From Bryobacterales bacterium (GTDB lineage Bacteria; Acidobacteriota; Terriglobia; Bryobacterales; UBA6623): 64,000 nt of DNA. Every line of letters starts with the position of its first letter. The first letter of the stretch is position 1. The notes below the pieces were generated by a model. That model made no database searches, had not been told where the DNA came from, and saw only the letters and a list, made by a program, of their open reading frames with translations. Positions 1 to 9,991 of this stretch are shown here, in pieces. Both the position numbers and the translations under genes were made by a program. The stretch is taken from contig OY729428.2 of the NCBI GenBank assembly GCA_963422375.2, positions 3,456,001 to 3,520,000 of the forward strand, read 5' to 3'.

Positions 1-260
1 CATGTTCGAGCAGGCCGGCGGCGAGGAGCGGGCGACCTCCCTCCGACCAACAGCATACTGCGGCGCGAGACCTCGAGCGCTTCCGCCTACTTGACTAAAT
101 CGGCGCTTCCGCTGGGGACGGTCCGCTGTCGCACGACGCGGTCCGTTCGCGCATCCGGCGCCGAGGCGCAGGGTCTCCCCGCGGGTGCGCAAGAATGGTT
201 CGTTCCGTCAATCGCCCCGGTTGACTCGCGGCAGGCAGCGCTCCCGTCCGAGCACGTCAC

Positions 261-1706
261 GTGACAGGGTTCTCCAGCCTCGACTTCGCCGTCTTGCTGA
301 CCTACCTAGCCGGCATCACGGCTTGGGGCGCGTGGCTGGGCCGAGGCCAGAAGAGCGGGTCCGACTACTTTCTCGGAGGGCGCTCCCTTCCGTGGTGGGC
401 CGTCGCGCTCTCGGTAGTCGCGACCGAGACGAGCACGCTCACCTTCCTGAGCATTCCCGGCGTCGCCTACGCGGGCAGCCTGGTATTCCTGCAGCTCACG
501 CTCGGATATCTCGCAGGCCGGATCCTCGCGGCTCTCGTTCTCCTGCCGGCGTATTACCGTGGCGATCTCTCGACCGCCTACGCGCTCCTCGAATCGCGCT
601 TCGGTCCGGACACACGGCGGGTCGCGTCCGCGATCTTCATGGTGACCCGCCTGCTCGCCGACTCGGTGCGGCTGTTCGCCACGGCGATTCCTCTCGCTCT
701 GATCACCGGCTGGCCCTACGCCGTCTCGATCGCGGTCATCGGCGCTCTGACCCTCGTCTATACCTATTTCGGCGGGATCAGGGCCGTCGTCTGGGTGGAT
801 TCGGTGCAGATGGGACTGTACCTAGCAGGGGCGGGCCTGGCGGCGGCCGCGATTCACCTCGGGGTGCCCGGCGGGTGGGGTGCCGTTCTCGAGTCCGCGC
901 AGCTGGCCGGCAAGTTGAAGGCGCTCGATCTCTCGTGGAGCCTGGACGCGCCCTACACGCTGCTTTCGGGCGTGGTCGGCGGAGCCGTGTTTACGATGGC
1001 CTCGCACGGAACCGACCAGCTCATCGTGCAGCGCCTGCTCACCTGCCGCACCGTGCGCGAATCGCAAAAGGCGCTCGTTGCGAGCGGCGGCGCGGTAGTC
1101 GCGCAGTTCCTCGTATTCCTGCTGGTCGGGACGGGGCTGTGGGCGTTCTACGGCGGCCGGCCGTTCGGGAGCAGCGACGAGATCTTCGCTACGTTCATCG
1201 TCGAGGAGCTTCCGACAGGCGTGACCGGGCTGCTGATCGCCTGCGTGTTCGCCGCTGCCATGTCCTCGCTGTCGTCGTCGATCAACTCCCTAGCGTCGGC
1301 GACGGCATACGACTACTGGGCTCCGGCTGCCGGAGCCGCGAGCGACGGCGCGAGAATCCTGCGGGCCGGCAGGATCTTCACGCTCCTGTGGGCAGCCCTG
1401 CTGATCGCGGGGGCGGTCGCGTTCATCCCGCTCTCACGCGACACATCGGCCGTCGAGATGGCACTCGGCATCGCTGCCGTGGTCTACGGCGGGCTGCTCG
1501 GGGCGTTCGCGCTCGGGGCGCTGACCTCGCGGCCCGGCCAGCGAGCGGCGATCACCGGGATGGCCCTCGGCATCGCCGCGGTGATCTTGGTCCGGAACGA
1601 AGTCGCGTGGCTGTGGTACGTGCCGGTGGGGACCGCCGTGACGCTGGCGACCGGCACCGTGGCGGGCTGTCTCGGGCGGGCGCGGGAGCCCGCGGGCCCG
1701 GCTTGA
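261..1706 (+). CDS. Sodium:solute symporter (SSS) family transporter
   Basis: 481 aa polytopic membrane protein with SSS motifs DYFLGGRSLPWW, SVVATETS, GGIRAVVWVD, DQLIVQRLL and AAMSSLSSSINS; GTG start. Confidence 0.93.
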   Translation: MTGFSSLDFAVLLTYLAGITAWGAWLGRGQKSGSDYFLGGRSLPWWAVALSVVATETSTLTFLSIPGVAYAGSLVFLQLTLGYLAGRILAALVLLPAYYRGDLSTAYALLESRFGPDTRRVASAIFMVTRLLADSVRLFATAIPLALITGWPYAVSIAVIGALTLVYTYFGGIRAVVWVDSVQMGLYLAGAGLAAAAIHLGVPGGWGAVLESAQLAGKLKALDLSWSLDAPYTLLSGVVGGAVFTMASHGTDQLIVQRLLTCRTVRESQKALVASGGAVVAQFLVFLLVGTGLWAFYGGRPFGSSDEIFATFIVEELPTGVTGLLIACVFAAAMSSLSSSINSLASATAYDYWAPAAGAASDGARILRAGRIFTLLWAALLIAGAVAFIPLSRDTSAVEMALGIAAVVYGGLLGAFALGALTSRPGQRAAITGMALGIAAVILVRNEVAWLWYVPVGTAVTLATGTVAGCLGRAREPAGPA

Positions 1707-1959
1707 GGAAGCAGGAGAGCTGGACGGAGGCACCTCTCCATGTTCCGCGCGTTGCCGGCCGGGCCGGCCGACGGGTCGGCGGATCGCGAAGAGCGTACAA
1801 TACGGCCCGGGCGGTCCGCGGGAAGACCGGGCTGAGCATACTAGCCGAGATCCCCTCCCCGGCGAGACCGCGCGCACGGCGGGGGCAGAGACTGCGGCAT
1901 CCTCCCCGCTTCGCCCTGCCGGTCGTATCCTCGGGGTCCCCCGCGAGAGCCTCGCAGCC

Positions 1960-2155
1960 ATGCCGAGCCCCTACACGCTCTCGGATCTGAGCTATCTCGC
2001 CGCGGTCGCGGACGAGGGCCACGTGGGGCGTGCCGCGGCGAAATGCTGCGTCACGCAGCCGACTCTCTCCATGCAGCTGAAGAAGCTCGAGCAATGCCTC
2101 GATGTCGCCCTTTTCGAGAGAGATCGCAAGCGACTTGTTCTCACGGAGGTGGGCG
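1960..2155 (+). pseudogene. oxyR: OxyR-like LysR regulator, N-terminal HTH fragment only
   Basis: TLSDLSYLAAVADEGHVGRAAAKCCVTQPTLSMQLKKLE...LFER...LTEVG is a LysR HTH; similarity ends near 2155 and there is no substrate-binding domain. Confidence 0.8.
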
Positions 2156-2692
2156 GACAACTACTTCGCCGAGGTGGAGCAGGCGGCCTTCTCGCCGGCC
2201 AACGTCGTCCCCGGCATCGGGCACTCGCCGGACAAGATGCTCCAGTTCCGGATATTCGCCTACGCCGACACGCAGCGCTACCGGCTCGGCGTGAACTACG
2301 AGTCTCTCGATGTGAACCGGCCGCGCTGCCCAGCCCACAACTACCATCGCGGCGGATCCATGCGCGCGGAAACAGAAGGCGGCCGCCCCAACTACGAGCC
2401 GAACTCGTTCGGCGGGCCGACCGAGAGCGGCCAGTCGTCTCCGCCCCTGCCGCTTGACGGAGCCGCCGACCGCTACGACCATCGCGAAGGGAACGACGAC
2501 TACTCGCAGGCGGGCAACCTCTTCCGGCTGATGGCTCCGGACGAGCGCCAGCGACTGATCAACGCGATCGTAAGGGCGATGCGACAGGTGCCGGAAACGA
2601 TCCAGCGGCGCCAGATCGAGCACTTCCGCCGGGCGGACCCACGCTACGGCGACGGAGTAGCCCAGGGCCTTGGCCTCGCGGCGGCGGCATAG
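2156..2692 (+). pseudogene. katA: Monofunctional heme catalase, C-terminal fragment
   Basis: DNYFAEVEQAAFSP, SPDKMLQ, proximal heme-ligand motif RIFAYADTQRYRLG, NYEPNS and DDYSQAG; the N-terminal part is missing. Confidence 0.92.
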
Positions 2693-2734
2693 CGCCGCCG
2701 GCGACAGCACCTCGCTCGCGGCGGCACCGCCAAG

Positions 2735-3307
2735 GTGCCGTCGCGAGCCGCGCTCGGCGGGGGCCTTGTCCGCGCTGGGCTAGCGGATATGCCGCCGGAC
2801 AAGGCGCACCGTGCAGTGCAGGGCGTCCGCAAGAAGTCCGGCCAGAGCGTCATCGCGGAAATCCGGCCCTGCCGTTGGTGTGTAGAGACGAGCTACGCAC
2901 CGACGAACCCTTGGTTTCCCGAGGCGATCGCCGAGACGAAGGCCCAACTCCAAAGGCGGATCGCCGACTCCAATGCCACCGTTGACCGGGCCGTCGCCGC
3001 AGCCAAGATCGAAGCCAACGGGACTACCATCGAGATCAAGGCCGCCACCGAGAGGAATTTCGGCGTGGCCAATAGGCAAGCCGAGGTGACGCAATCCCGG
3101 TTGGACTCCCGGCGGTGGATGCTAGGAGTGGCCTATGAATTGCCGGTCGCTCTCCTAGCCATGACCTCGATTTCGGCCATGACTCCACTCAGCCGCCCGC
3201 CTCGGTCCACGCCTATCCCGGCGGCCCCGGGACAGTCAGCGGCTCCGCCGGCATCCTCGCAGCCCGCCACCCGGCCTCCCGTTCCACAGATCTCCGAGAA
3301 CAAGTGA
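2735..3307 (+). pseudogene. Degenerate paralog of the 3890-4474 coiled-coil membrane protein
   Basis: Aligns with 3890-4474 (ADMPPDKAH/ADIPADKAY, EAIAETKA/EAIAETNA, VPQISEN/VPQIPEN); the 5' end and TM segment are degraded. Confidence 0.7.
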
Positions 3308-3889
3308 TCTTGCTCTTCTCAGATTGGCACTGGCCCGCCTAGATTGGATTGCCGATGCGGGGATTCGTCTCCGTGGCGTTGCCGGCGCGTTAAGCGGCGA
3401 CGGGACCGAATTGACCAAGCCCCTCCTGCGAAGTCCCTTTCGGGATGCCTTTATGACGTAACAGCGGCGACGAGGTCGAGTCTCACGATACTCGAGCGGA
3501 GCACGGCCTGCGCAACGGACTCAACGCCAGCGAAACTGACGGTCCTGGCTGAACCGTGCCGTCCGATGCGTGCTTCGGTCGAGGCTTGCATCGCAGATTC
3601 CTCGGAGGAATTGGCTCCGAGCAAGTGTCTAGGCGCACGATCAGGCACCTGAATCCGCTGCCGATCTTCGGTGAGCGGGCAAGCGCAGGACATCCCCGGG
3701 GCCGCCCGCATCGAACGGCCCTTGCGGCCCCTTGGCGGACACTAGCAGACCCAAGACTCTCGCATCCTGCTCATCGCTCGAGCAACCACCGGCAAAGGTG
3801 GAAAATTCGATAATTACTCTTATCTCATTCGCTTTTAGTGCAACGTACCGTGCGGCCCAAGCGTCCGACAAGACATTGGAGGGATTGTC

Positions 3890-4474
3890 ATGCCAGAGAC
3901 AGATCCAGTCGCAGCCGCTATCGACCCCGACGGGCAGCCCTTGATGGAGGCGCTGCTGCAAGCGGACATCCCGGCGGACAAGGCGTACAATGCAGTTCAG
4001 GGCGTCCGCAACATGTCCGGCCAAAACGTAATCGCGGAAATTCGGGCCCACCGTTCGGGCGTAGAGACAAGCTACGCACAGACCAACTCTCGATTCGCCG
4101 AGGCGATCGCCGAGACGAACGCCAGATTCCACAGGAGGATTGCCGACTCCAAGGCCGCCACCGACAAGGCTGTTGCCGCGGCCAATGATCGGATCGCCGC
4201 GGCCAAGATCGAGACCGAGAGGATGATCGCCACGTCCCGGATCGAGACCGAACGCCAGATCGCCGAGGCAAGTAGGCAGGTCGAAGTGACGCAATCCCAA
4301 TTGCAGTCCCTACGGTGGATGATGGGAGTCGTCATCGGATTGCTGGTCGCCCTCCTGGGAACGTTTGCGATGCTGGCCGTGAATTTGCTCAGCCGCCCGC
4401 CTACGGCCACGCCTGTCCCGGCGGCAGCGACCGTCGAGCAGTCAGCGGTTCCGCAGATCCCGGAGAACGAGTGA
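3890..4474 (+). CDS. CCDC90/DUF1640-like protein (head, coiled coil, C-terminal TM helix)
   Basis: GGAGGG RBS upstream; alanine-rich coiled coil, then LRWMMGVVIGLLVALLGTFAMLAV TM helix and a Pro-rich tail. Confidence 0.65.
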   Translation: MPETDPVAAAIDPDGQPLMEALLQADIPADKAYNAVQGVRNMSGQNVIAEIRAHRSGVETSYAQTNSRFAEAIAETNARFHRRIADSKAATDKAVAAANDRIAAAKIETERMIATSRIETERQIAEASRQVEVTQSQLQSLRWMMGVVIGLLVALLGTFAMLAVNLLSRPPTATPVPAAATVEQSAVPQIPENE

Positions 4475-5248
4475 TTCGCTCGTGGCTTGACACCGGCCCG
4501 CCTACGGCGGACTCACGGAACGGGGCTTTGTCGCCGAGGCGTTGCGGGCGCAACAGTCGGCGACGAGGACCGATGTCACCGAGTCCCCGCTCGGGCTGCA
4601 TTGATGACGTGCGGGCGGTGGCTGTGTCGGGCCTCGCGATACTCGAGCGGAGAAGGCGCGCCGGAGCGTACTCAGGGCGAGCGAGAACTGACGGGCCTGA
4701 TTGACACGAGCCGTCCGGTCCTGCGCCCGAGAGGTCGATTCGCTCGGCGCTAGTGTGAGCGGTCTTGCGAAGCAATCGGTTCCGCGCACGTGTTGGGGTC
4801 GCGACCAGCCACCTGAATTGCCCGGCGGATCAGCACAGGACTTCCCCGGACCGCAACCATTCTCATGGTTCTTGTGCTGTGCTAGCAGGCAACAGCGGAC
4901 GCAAGGCTTTCGCCACGTGCTGATCGATCAAGATGGGGCCTATGTCTTCCAACCGATCCGCAACCGGCGGCCTAGTAGCAGATTCCAACGGGCCCAGTTC
5001 TCGGATCTGGCGTCTCGACATCGGGATCACGGAATGGTGGATTGAAGGGCCCTCGCCTACGGCGGCCGGTCCCGCTCAGCGGTGCTCGCTACATCACTGC
5101 CCTCGCATCGTCCGGCACTTCATTCGCGGAGAGACCTCGCCCTGCGAGAGTTCCTGATTCCATCTGGCCGAATCAGAAACGCCCCGGCGTCCCGCAGCAA
5201 GCAGGGTGCCGGGCGGCAAGCGCTTACTCTAGTTGCGGGGCGAGCTGG

Positions 5249-6688
5249 ATGGATCTCGCGTGGCGGCCGAGCATCGCCGAATTGGGCAAGCTGTACAGAT
5301 CTGGAGCTGTCTCGCCGGTCGAGGTCGTGCGCGAGATCCTGGATCGCATCCGGTTGATCGACCCGATACTCAATTCCTACGTCACCGTCACGGAGGACCA
5401 CGCCCTGTCGCGAGCACGTATCGCCGAGGCCGAGATCCGCGCGGGCCGCACGAGAGGCCCGCTTCACGGCATCCCCTACGCCGCCAAGGATCTCCTCGAC
5501 ACCCGGGGCATCAGAACGACGGTCGGGTCGAAGATCATGGCGGATAATCGGCCGCAGAGCGACGCGGCCGTGATCGAGCGGCTCGACGACGCCGGCGCGG
5601 TCCTCGTCGGCAAGACGGGCCTGCACGAATGGGCCTACGGCATCACGAGCACCAACCCGCACTTCGGCCCGGTCCGCAACCCGTGGGATTCCGGGCGGAT
5701 TCCCGGAGGCTCGAGCGGGGGATCGGCAGCCGCCCAGGCCGCGGGCCTGTGCGCGTTCTCGCTCGGGTCGGACACGGGCGGCTCGATCCGGATTCCGGCG
5801 GCCCTTTGCGGGGTGGCAGGGCTGAAGCCGACGTTCGGGCGGATCAGCCGCCGGGGCGCGTTTCCGCTCGGACACACCCTCGACACACTCGGGCCCTTCG
5901 GCACGTGCGTCGAGGACACGGCCCTCGTGTACGCGGCCGCCTCGGGCCCGGACGCGCGTGATCCGGTGTCCACCCGAGAGGCCGTTACGCTCCCAATCTT
6001 CGCGTCCGAGCCTCGCCTTGACGGCACAGTGATCGGGATTCCGGCCAATCACTTCTTCGAGGGCCTTGCCCCGGACGTGTCCGCGGCAGCAGCTTCCGCG
6101 CTGCGAGTCTTCGAAGGCCTCGGTGCGGAACTTCGTCCGATCCAAGCGCCCGACCTCAAGGCGGCCAACTCGCTGCACCGGCTGATCCTGCTCGCCGAGG
6201 CGTCGTCGGTGCATCGTCGGCGCCTCGAGACGCGGCGGGAGGATTTCGGGGACGACGTGCGCTCCCTGCTCGACCAAGGCTGCTTCGTGCTCGCCGCGGA
6301 CTATCTCGACGCCCAGCGGGCGCGGCGGCAGTTCTGTCGCGCATTCGGTGCCTCCATGCGAGAGGCAGCGGTTGTCGTGGCGCCCGCCGTGCCGATCCCC
6401 ACGGCGCGGATCGGCGAACTCGAGGTCGACCTGAACGGAAGGCGCGAGAATGTGAGACTGGCCACGACCCGCAACATCCGGGCCCTCAACCTGACGGGCC
6501 TGCCGGTGCTGTCGGTGCCGTGCGGGTTCCACGCCGACGGGCTGCCGATCGGCCTCCAGATCGTCGGGCCGCCGTTCGGCGAGGATCGCGTACTCGCTGT
6601 CGGGCACGCCTTCGAGCGCGCTACCCGTTGGCACAGGGAACTGCCCGCTATCGCTCCTCCCCCGTCCAGCGACAGCTCTCGAGATTGA
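5249..6688 (+). CDS. Amidase signature family protein (GatA-like)
   Basis: GPLHGIPYAAKD, PGGSSGGSA and GSDTGGSIRIPA (Lys-Ser-Ser triad), GLPIGLQIVG. Confidence 0.93.
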   Translation: MDLAWRPSIAELGKLYRSGAVSPVEVVREILDRIRLIDPILNSYVTVTEDHALSRARIAEAEIRAGRTRGPLHGIPYAAKDLLDTRGIRTTVGSKIMADNRPQSDAAVIERLDDAGAVLVGKTGLHEWAYGITSTNPHFGPVRNPWDSGRIPGGSSGGSAAAQAAGLCAFSLGSDTGGSIRIPAALCGVAGLKPTFGRISRRGAFPLGHTLDTLGPFGTCVEDTALVYAAASGPDARDPVSTREAVTLPIFASEPRLDGTVIGIPANHFFEGLAPDVSAAAASALRVFEGLGAELRPIQAPDLKAANSLHRLILLAEASSVHRRRLETRREDFGDDVRSLLDQGCFVLAADYLDAQRARRQFCRAFGASMREAAVVVAPAVPIPTARIGELEVDLNGRRENVRLATTRNIRALNLTGLPVLSVPCGFHADGLPIGLQIVGPPFGEDRVLAVGHAFERATRWHRELPAIAPPPSSDSSRD

Positions 6689-7004
6689 CCCGGCCGCCGC
6701 GAAACGGAACCCCCTCGGACGCGAGCCGGAGCCGCTGCTCCGCACCGAGTTCGCCGCGCAAGGCGATGCGCCCTCCGGCCCCCAGCACGCGGTGCCATGG
6801 CAGGCGGAGCTCGGGCGGGCACTCGCGCATCGCCCGGCCTACCTGACGGGCGCCTCGCGTGACACCGGCCGACAACGCGACGTCTCCGTAGGTCGCCACC
6901 CGCCCCCGAGGAATCCGCGCCACGATGTCCCAGATGCGCTCGTATCGCGCCACGCGGCGCATCGCGGCGAGACGCAGGCCCGCAACTCCGCCCGATACGG
7001 ACAT
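6648..7004 (-). CDS. Alkyltransferase-like (ATL, MGMT family) O6-alkylguanine-binding protein
   Basis: IPRGRVATYGDVA, ARQVGRAM and PWHRV (Trp replaces the catalytic Cys, as in ATLs); alternative start at 6962. Confidence 0.88.
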   Translation of the reverse strand: MSVSGGVAGLRLAAMRRVARYERIWDIVARIPRGRVATYGDVALSAGVTRGARQVGRAMRECPPELRLPWHRVLGAGGRIALRGELGAEQRLRLASEGVPFRGGRVNLESCRWTGEER

Positions 7005-7084
7005 TGACGCACCCGCCTGCCGTCGGTTCGGACGGCGGTACTCTCCGGAATCAGGCTCGGACGGGCGGCGCCGGGCGCGCGCTC

Positions 7085-7327
7085 TCAGCGATGCCCGAGA
7101 GGCCCCATGTCGCTCAGCACCTCGTCGAAGAGATCCCGCTTGGTCGAGGGCTGCTTCTGGCCGCCCCGGGCACTGCGGTACTTGTGGGCATGGAAGCACG
7201 TCCGGCATTCGGTGCGAGCCGGAGCCCCGTCCACCAAGGACACCACCGAATGGTTCATCACCCCCTTGCAGCGCGCGCAGTAATCGTCGAGAATTGCGCC
7301 GAGGCGGTAACTCGTGGCCATGGTCAC
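7085..7327 (-). CDS. Small zinc-ribbon hypothetical protein
   Basis: Two CxxC pairs (DDYCARCK, ECRTCFHAH); 3 bp downstream of the previous gene on the same strand. Confidence 0.75.
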   Translation of the reverse strand: MTMATSYRLGAILDDYCARCKGVMNHSVVSLVDGAPARTECRTCFHAHKYRSARGGQKQPSTKRDLFDEVLSDMGPLGHR

Positions 7328-7330
7328 TCC

Positions 7331-8623
7331 CTAATTCGGTGCGATGCAGTAGAGGAAGTTCGCCGTGCGCAGGAAAATCTGGCCGTCAACCGCGATCGGG
7401 CTCGCCAATGTATGGTCGTCGAGAATGTTCGTGGCGAGTACCTTGTAGCCGTTCTCGACATCGACGACCGTGGTCGCGCCCTCCTCGTTGGTAGCGTAAA
7501 TCCGGCCGTCCGCGAGCAGGGGCGACGAGGAGTACGTCCCGGGAGCCAAGCGCAGCTCCTCGGCCAGAAGATCCCCGCTCTTGGCGTCGAGCACCCGCAG
7601 GGTGCCCCTGTCCCTCACGACGAAGATGCGCTTGCCGTCCGTCGTCGGCGTAGGCACGTCGGCGCCGCGTTCGTTCTCCCAGATCTTGGCCGTGTCGGTG
7701 ATCCAGCCTTCGCCGCCGGCCTTGAAGGCGATGAACGGCCTGCCTCGAGTGCTCGGCGTGAAGACGGTTCCGCCGATGTTGATCGAGGACGCGATGGTGC
7801 GGTAGAAGCGCTCGTGACCGGGATTGAGCCCGCCCATGCGCCAGAGCTCCTTGCCGCTGTCGAGGTCGTGGCCGGTCACGTAGTCGCCGCCCGACACGAC
7901 CAGCTGCTCGGTGCCGTCCGCGGTCACGATCAGCGGGGTGGAGTAGTCGTCCGGCGATTCGTGCGTCGCGTCTGTCGGGCGGTCCACCTTCCACACCGTC
8001 TCGCCTGTCCCGGGATCGACCGCGAAGACATACGACGGATCGTCCGTCGTCATGCCGTGGAGGACTTGCAGGAAAAGGCGGCCTCGATGCAGGCGCGGCG
8101 TCGACGCGTAGCCGTGGTTGAGCCCGAACGCTCCGTAGTCCTGCTGGATATTGCGCGTCCAGATTTTTCTCCCCGCCATGTCGTAGCACGAGAGCTGGCC
8201 GCCGCCCGTCAGCACCCACACGTGCCGTCCGTCCGTGATCGGCGAGGGCGACGCGAGATTCTGCTTGCGATAGATCCGATTCCCGTCGCCGACCGTGCGC
8301 TGCCAGCGCACGGAACCGTCCGTCCTGTTGAGGGCCAGCAGAAGAAGATCGTCATGCGAACTGGCATCCGCCGAGTCGAAGCCCTCTTCCGCCGACGTGA
8401 CAAACACGGTGTCGCCCCACACGGCGGGCGTAGCGGCGCTCCAGCTGGGTAGCTCGGCTCTCCATGCCACGTTCCGGTCGGTCGACCACTCGACCGCCAA
8501 GCCGGAAGCGTCCGGGCTGCTCCCGTTGAACAAGGGGCCGCGCCACTGCGGCCAGTTGGACTCGGCTGCGGACAGCAGCAGCGCGGACGAAACCAAGATG
8601 GTCAGGACTATACGAAGGCTCAT
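7331..8623 (-). CDS. Secreted PQQ-binding-like beta-propeller protein (BamB-like)
   Basis: Signal peptide, NWPQWRGP, repeated D..TG...W propeller motifs, SSPLLADGRIY. Confidence 0.88.
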   Translation of the reverse strand: MSLRIVLTILVSSALLLSAAESNWPQWRGPLFNGSSPDASGLAVEWSTDRNVAWRAELPSWSAATPAVWGDTVFVTSAEEGFDSADASSHDDLLLLALNRTDGSVRWQRTVGDGNRIYRKQNLASPSPITDGRHVWVLTGGGQLSCYDMAGRKIWTRNIQQDYGAFGLNHGYASTPRLHRGRLFLQVLHGMTTDDPSYVFAVDPGTGETVWKVDRPTDATHESPDDYSTPLIVTADGTEQLVVSGGDYVTGHDLDSGKELWRMGGLNPGHERFYRTIASSINIGGTVFTPSTRGRPFIAFKAGGEGWITDTAKIWENERGADVPTPTTDGKRIFVVRDRGTLRVLDAKSGDLLAEELRLAPGTYSSSPLLADGRIYATNEEGATTVVDVENGYKVLATNILDDHTLASPIAVDGQIFLRTANFLYCIAPN

Positions 8624-8913
8624 CGTTGGACACCAAGGCCTCTCCGGGCGCAAAAGCACCCTACGAGACGGGCCGCCAGTTAACTAGGCGAGCGCCCCTC
8701 GGAGCGGGTTACTGACCGCGGCAAAGGTCGTTTCCGATCTCAACTGCTCCCGGCAGCACACCGGCCAACGCGAAGGCTGGAAGCTGCCGCGGGCAAGCCC
8801 AGAGCCCGCCGGACGTTGACCGCCGCATTGACGTCGGCATCTCCCACGAATCCGCAACGCAGGCGGAGGTAGCTCCTGTCCTTCCGATGGGATGCCCGAG
8901 CCTCCGCGTCGCT

Positions 8914-9171
8914 TCATGCGGCGGGCCGCTGGCGACGGAGGCGTTCTTGGTCGAGGTCGCAGGCTGCACGCAGGCGCATCCAGCAGGAGGCGCCCCGTCA
9001 GTCCGCAGCTTCCAGCTGCAAGGTGATGCCCGGCGACACAGAACGGCGACGCTCCTCGACCCGCGCCGGTTGGTCGGGATCGATCCCAAGCTGGAGCGCG
9101 GCCTCCGCGGGCAGGCGGCCGAGGAGATGGAACTCGTCCAGCAGTTCGCCGGGGTGCGCCGGGTCGTACAC
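8914..9171 (-). pseudogene. higA: HigA-family antitoxin with a premature stop
   Basis: GTG start after GGAGG; VYDPAHPGELL...EAALQLGI...VSPGITLQLEAAD*RGASCWMRLRAACDLDQERL, with in-frame TGA at 8998-9000. Confidence 0.75.
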
Positions 9172-9194
9172 GGGCGTGCCTCCCGTGTTGCAGC

Positions 9195-9480
9195 TAGCTG
9201 TGCAATCGTCCAAGTCGACGTCGCAGCCGCAGCCATCCCCGAAGCGGAAGAGGATCCTCGGATTGGCGCGCACGCGCGCGGACCACCCGCCGCGGCGCTC
9301 GCCCTCCGTCGGGCGCAGCCCGGGTGCCTCGACGGCCCGCGGGTGAGCGGCCTGATCCAGCGCGGTCAGGATGCGCTTGGAGCTAGGGGCAGTCCGAGTC
9401 GGGGCCGGGGCGGCCACGGCAGGTGGTCCCGCCCTCGCCAAGCTGGCAGCCCGCTCTGCTGGACTGGACTGTGGATTGAT
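9195..9480 (-). pseudogene. higB: HigB/RelE-family toxin (plasmid-maintenance killer type), decayed
   Basis: KRILTALDQAAHP...PGL...GERRGGWSARVRANPRILFRFGDG..CDVDLDD matches the HigB C-terminal half; the start is scrambled and the stop lost. Confidence 0.7.
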
Positions 9481-9991
9481 CAGCCGGTGACCACGATGGC
9501 GTCGTGCGTTGACACGCTTGCCCCGCCATATTGCTAGGAGGCTCCGCGGCTTGCAGCCCTCCCCGCTCTGCAGGGCCGCCAGATCGTGCCCGCTGCGCGA
9601 GAGCCAGATCGACCGAGAGGCTTGGACCATCTGCTGCACCATGCGCATCCTGCCTGATGCACGTCGCATCGCCGGCGACGTGCTCAAGGAAATCCGGACC
9701 CGCGCGCTGATGCATGGTTGCGGATGCCGGGGCGGCCTTCCGGCCTGCGCTCGGGCCGCACGATTGCGCGCAACTGCGCGCGGGGCCTCCGGCGGCAACA
9801 CCGCCGCCGTGCCGGGGCAAGAGCACCATTCGCAGGCTATCCGGGATCCTCCCGGCGAGACGATTCCCAATTGCTCTTGAGGCGGTTCGTGCGAACGCGC
9901 CGTCCGACCGAGGGAACCGGTCGGAAGCCGGCTCCCGATCTCGACAATAATGGTTTTTCTGCCCGCCTCGCGAGGGCGGCAACTTATTTCG

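Larger units (their letters stand above)
2735..4820 (+). repeat. Diverged direct duplication, about 2735-3655 versus about 3900-4820 (gene plus about 350 bp downstream)
   Basis: Shared blocks after both stop codons: GGCCCGCCTA, GATACTCGAGCGGAG, AACTGACGG, GCCGTCCG and CACCTGAAT. Confidence 0.8.

Noticed and set aside
185..1990. 601 aa ORF and the many other long Arg/Pro/Ala-rich overlapping ORFs across the window
   Set aside because: Shadow frames of real genes in high-GC DNA, with no motifs.
3808..3830. Possible Fur box GATAATTACTCTTATC upstream of 3890
   Set aside because: Only about 10/19 match to the consensus; may simply be an AT-rich promoter.
4830..5248. 5' extension of the amidase ORF and short ORFs nearby
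   Set aside because: Amidase similarity starts near Met 5249; the upstream frames are unrecognisable.
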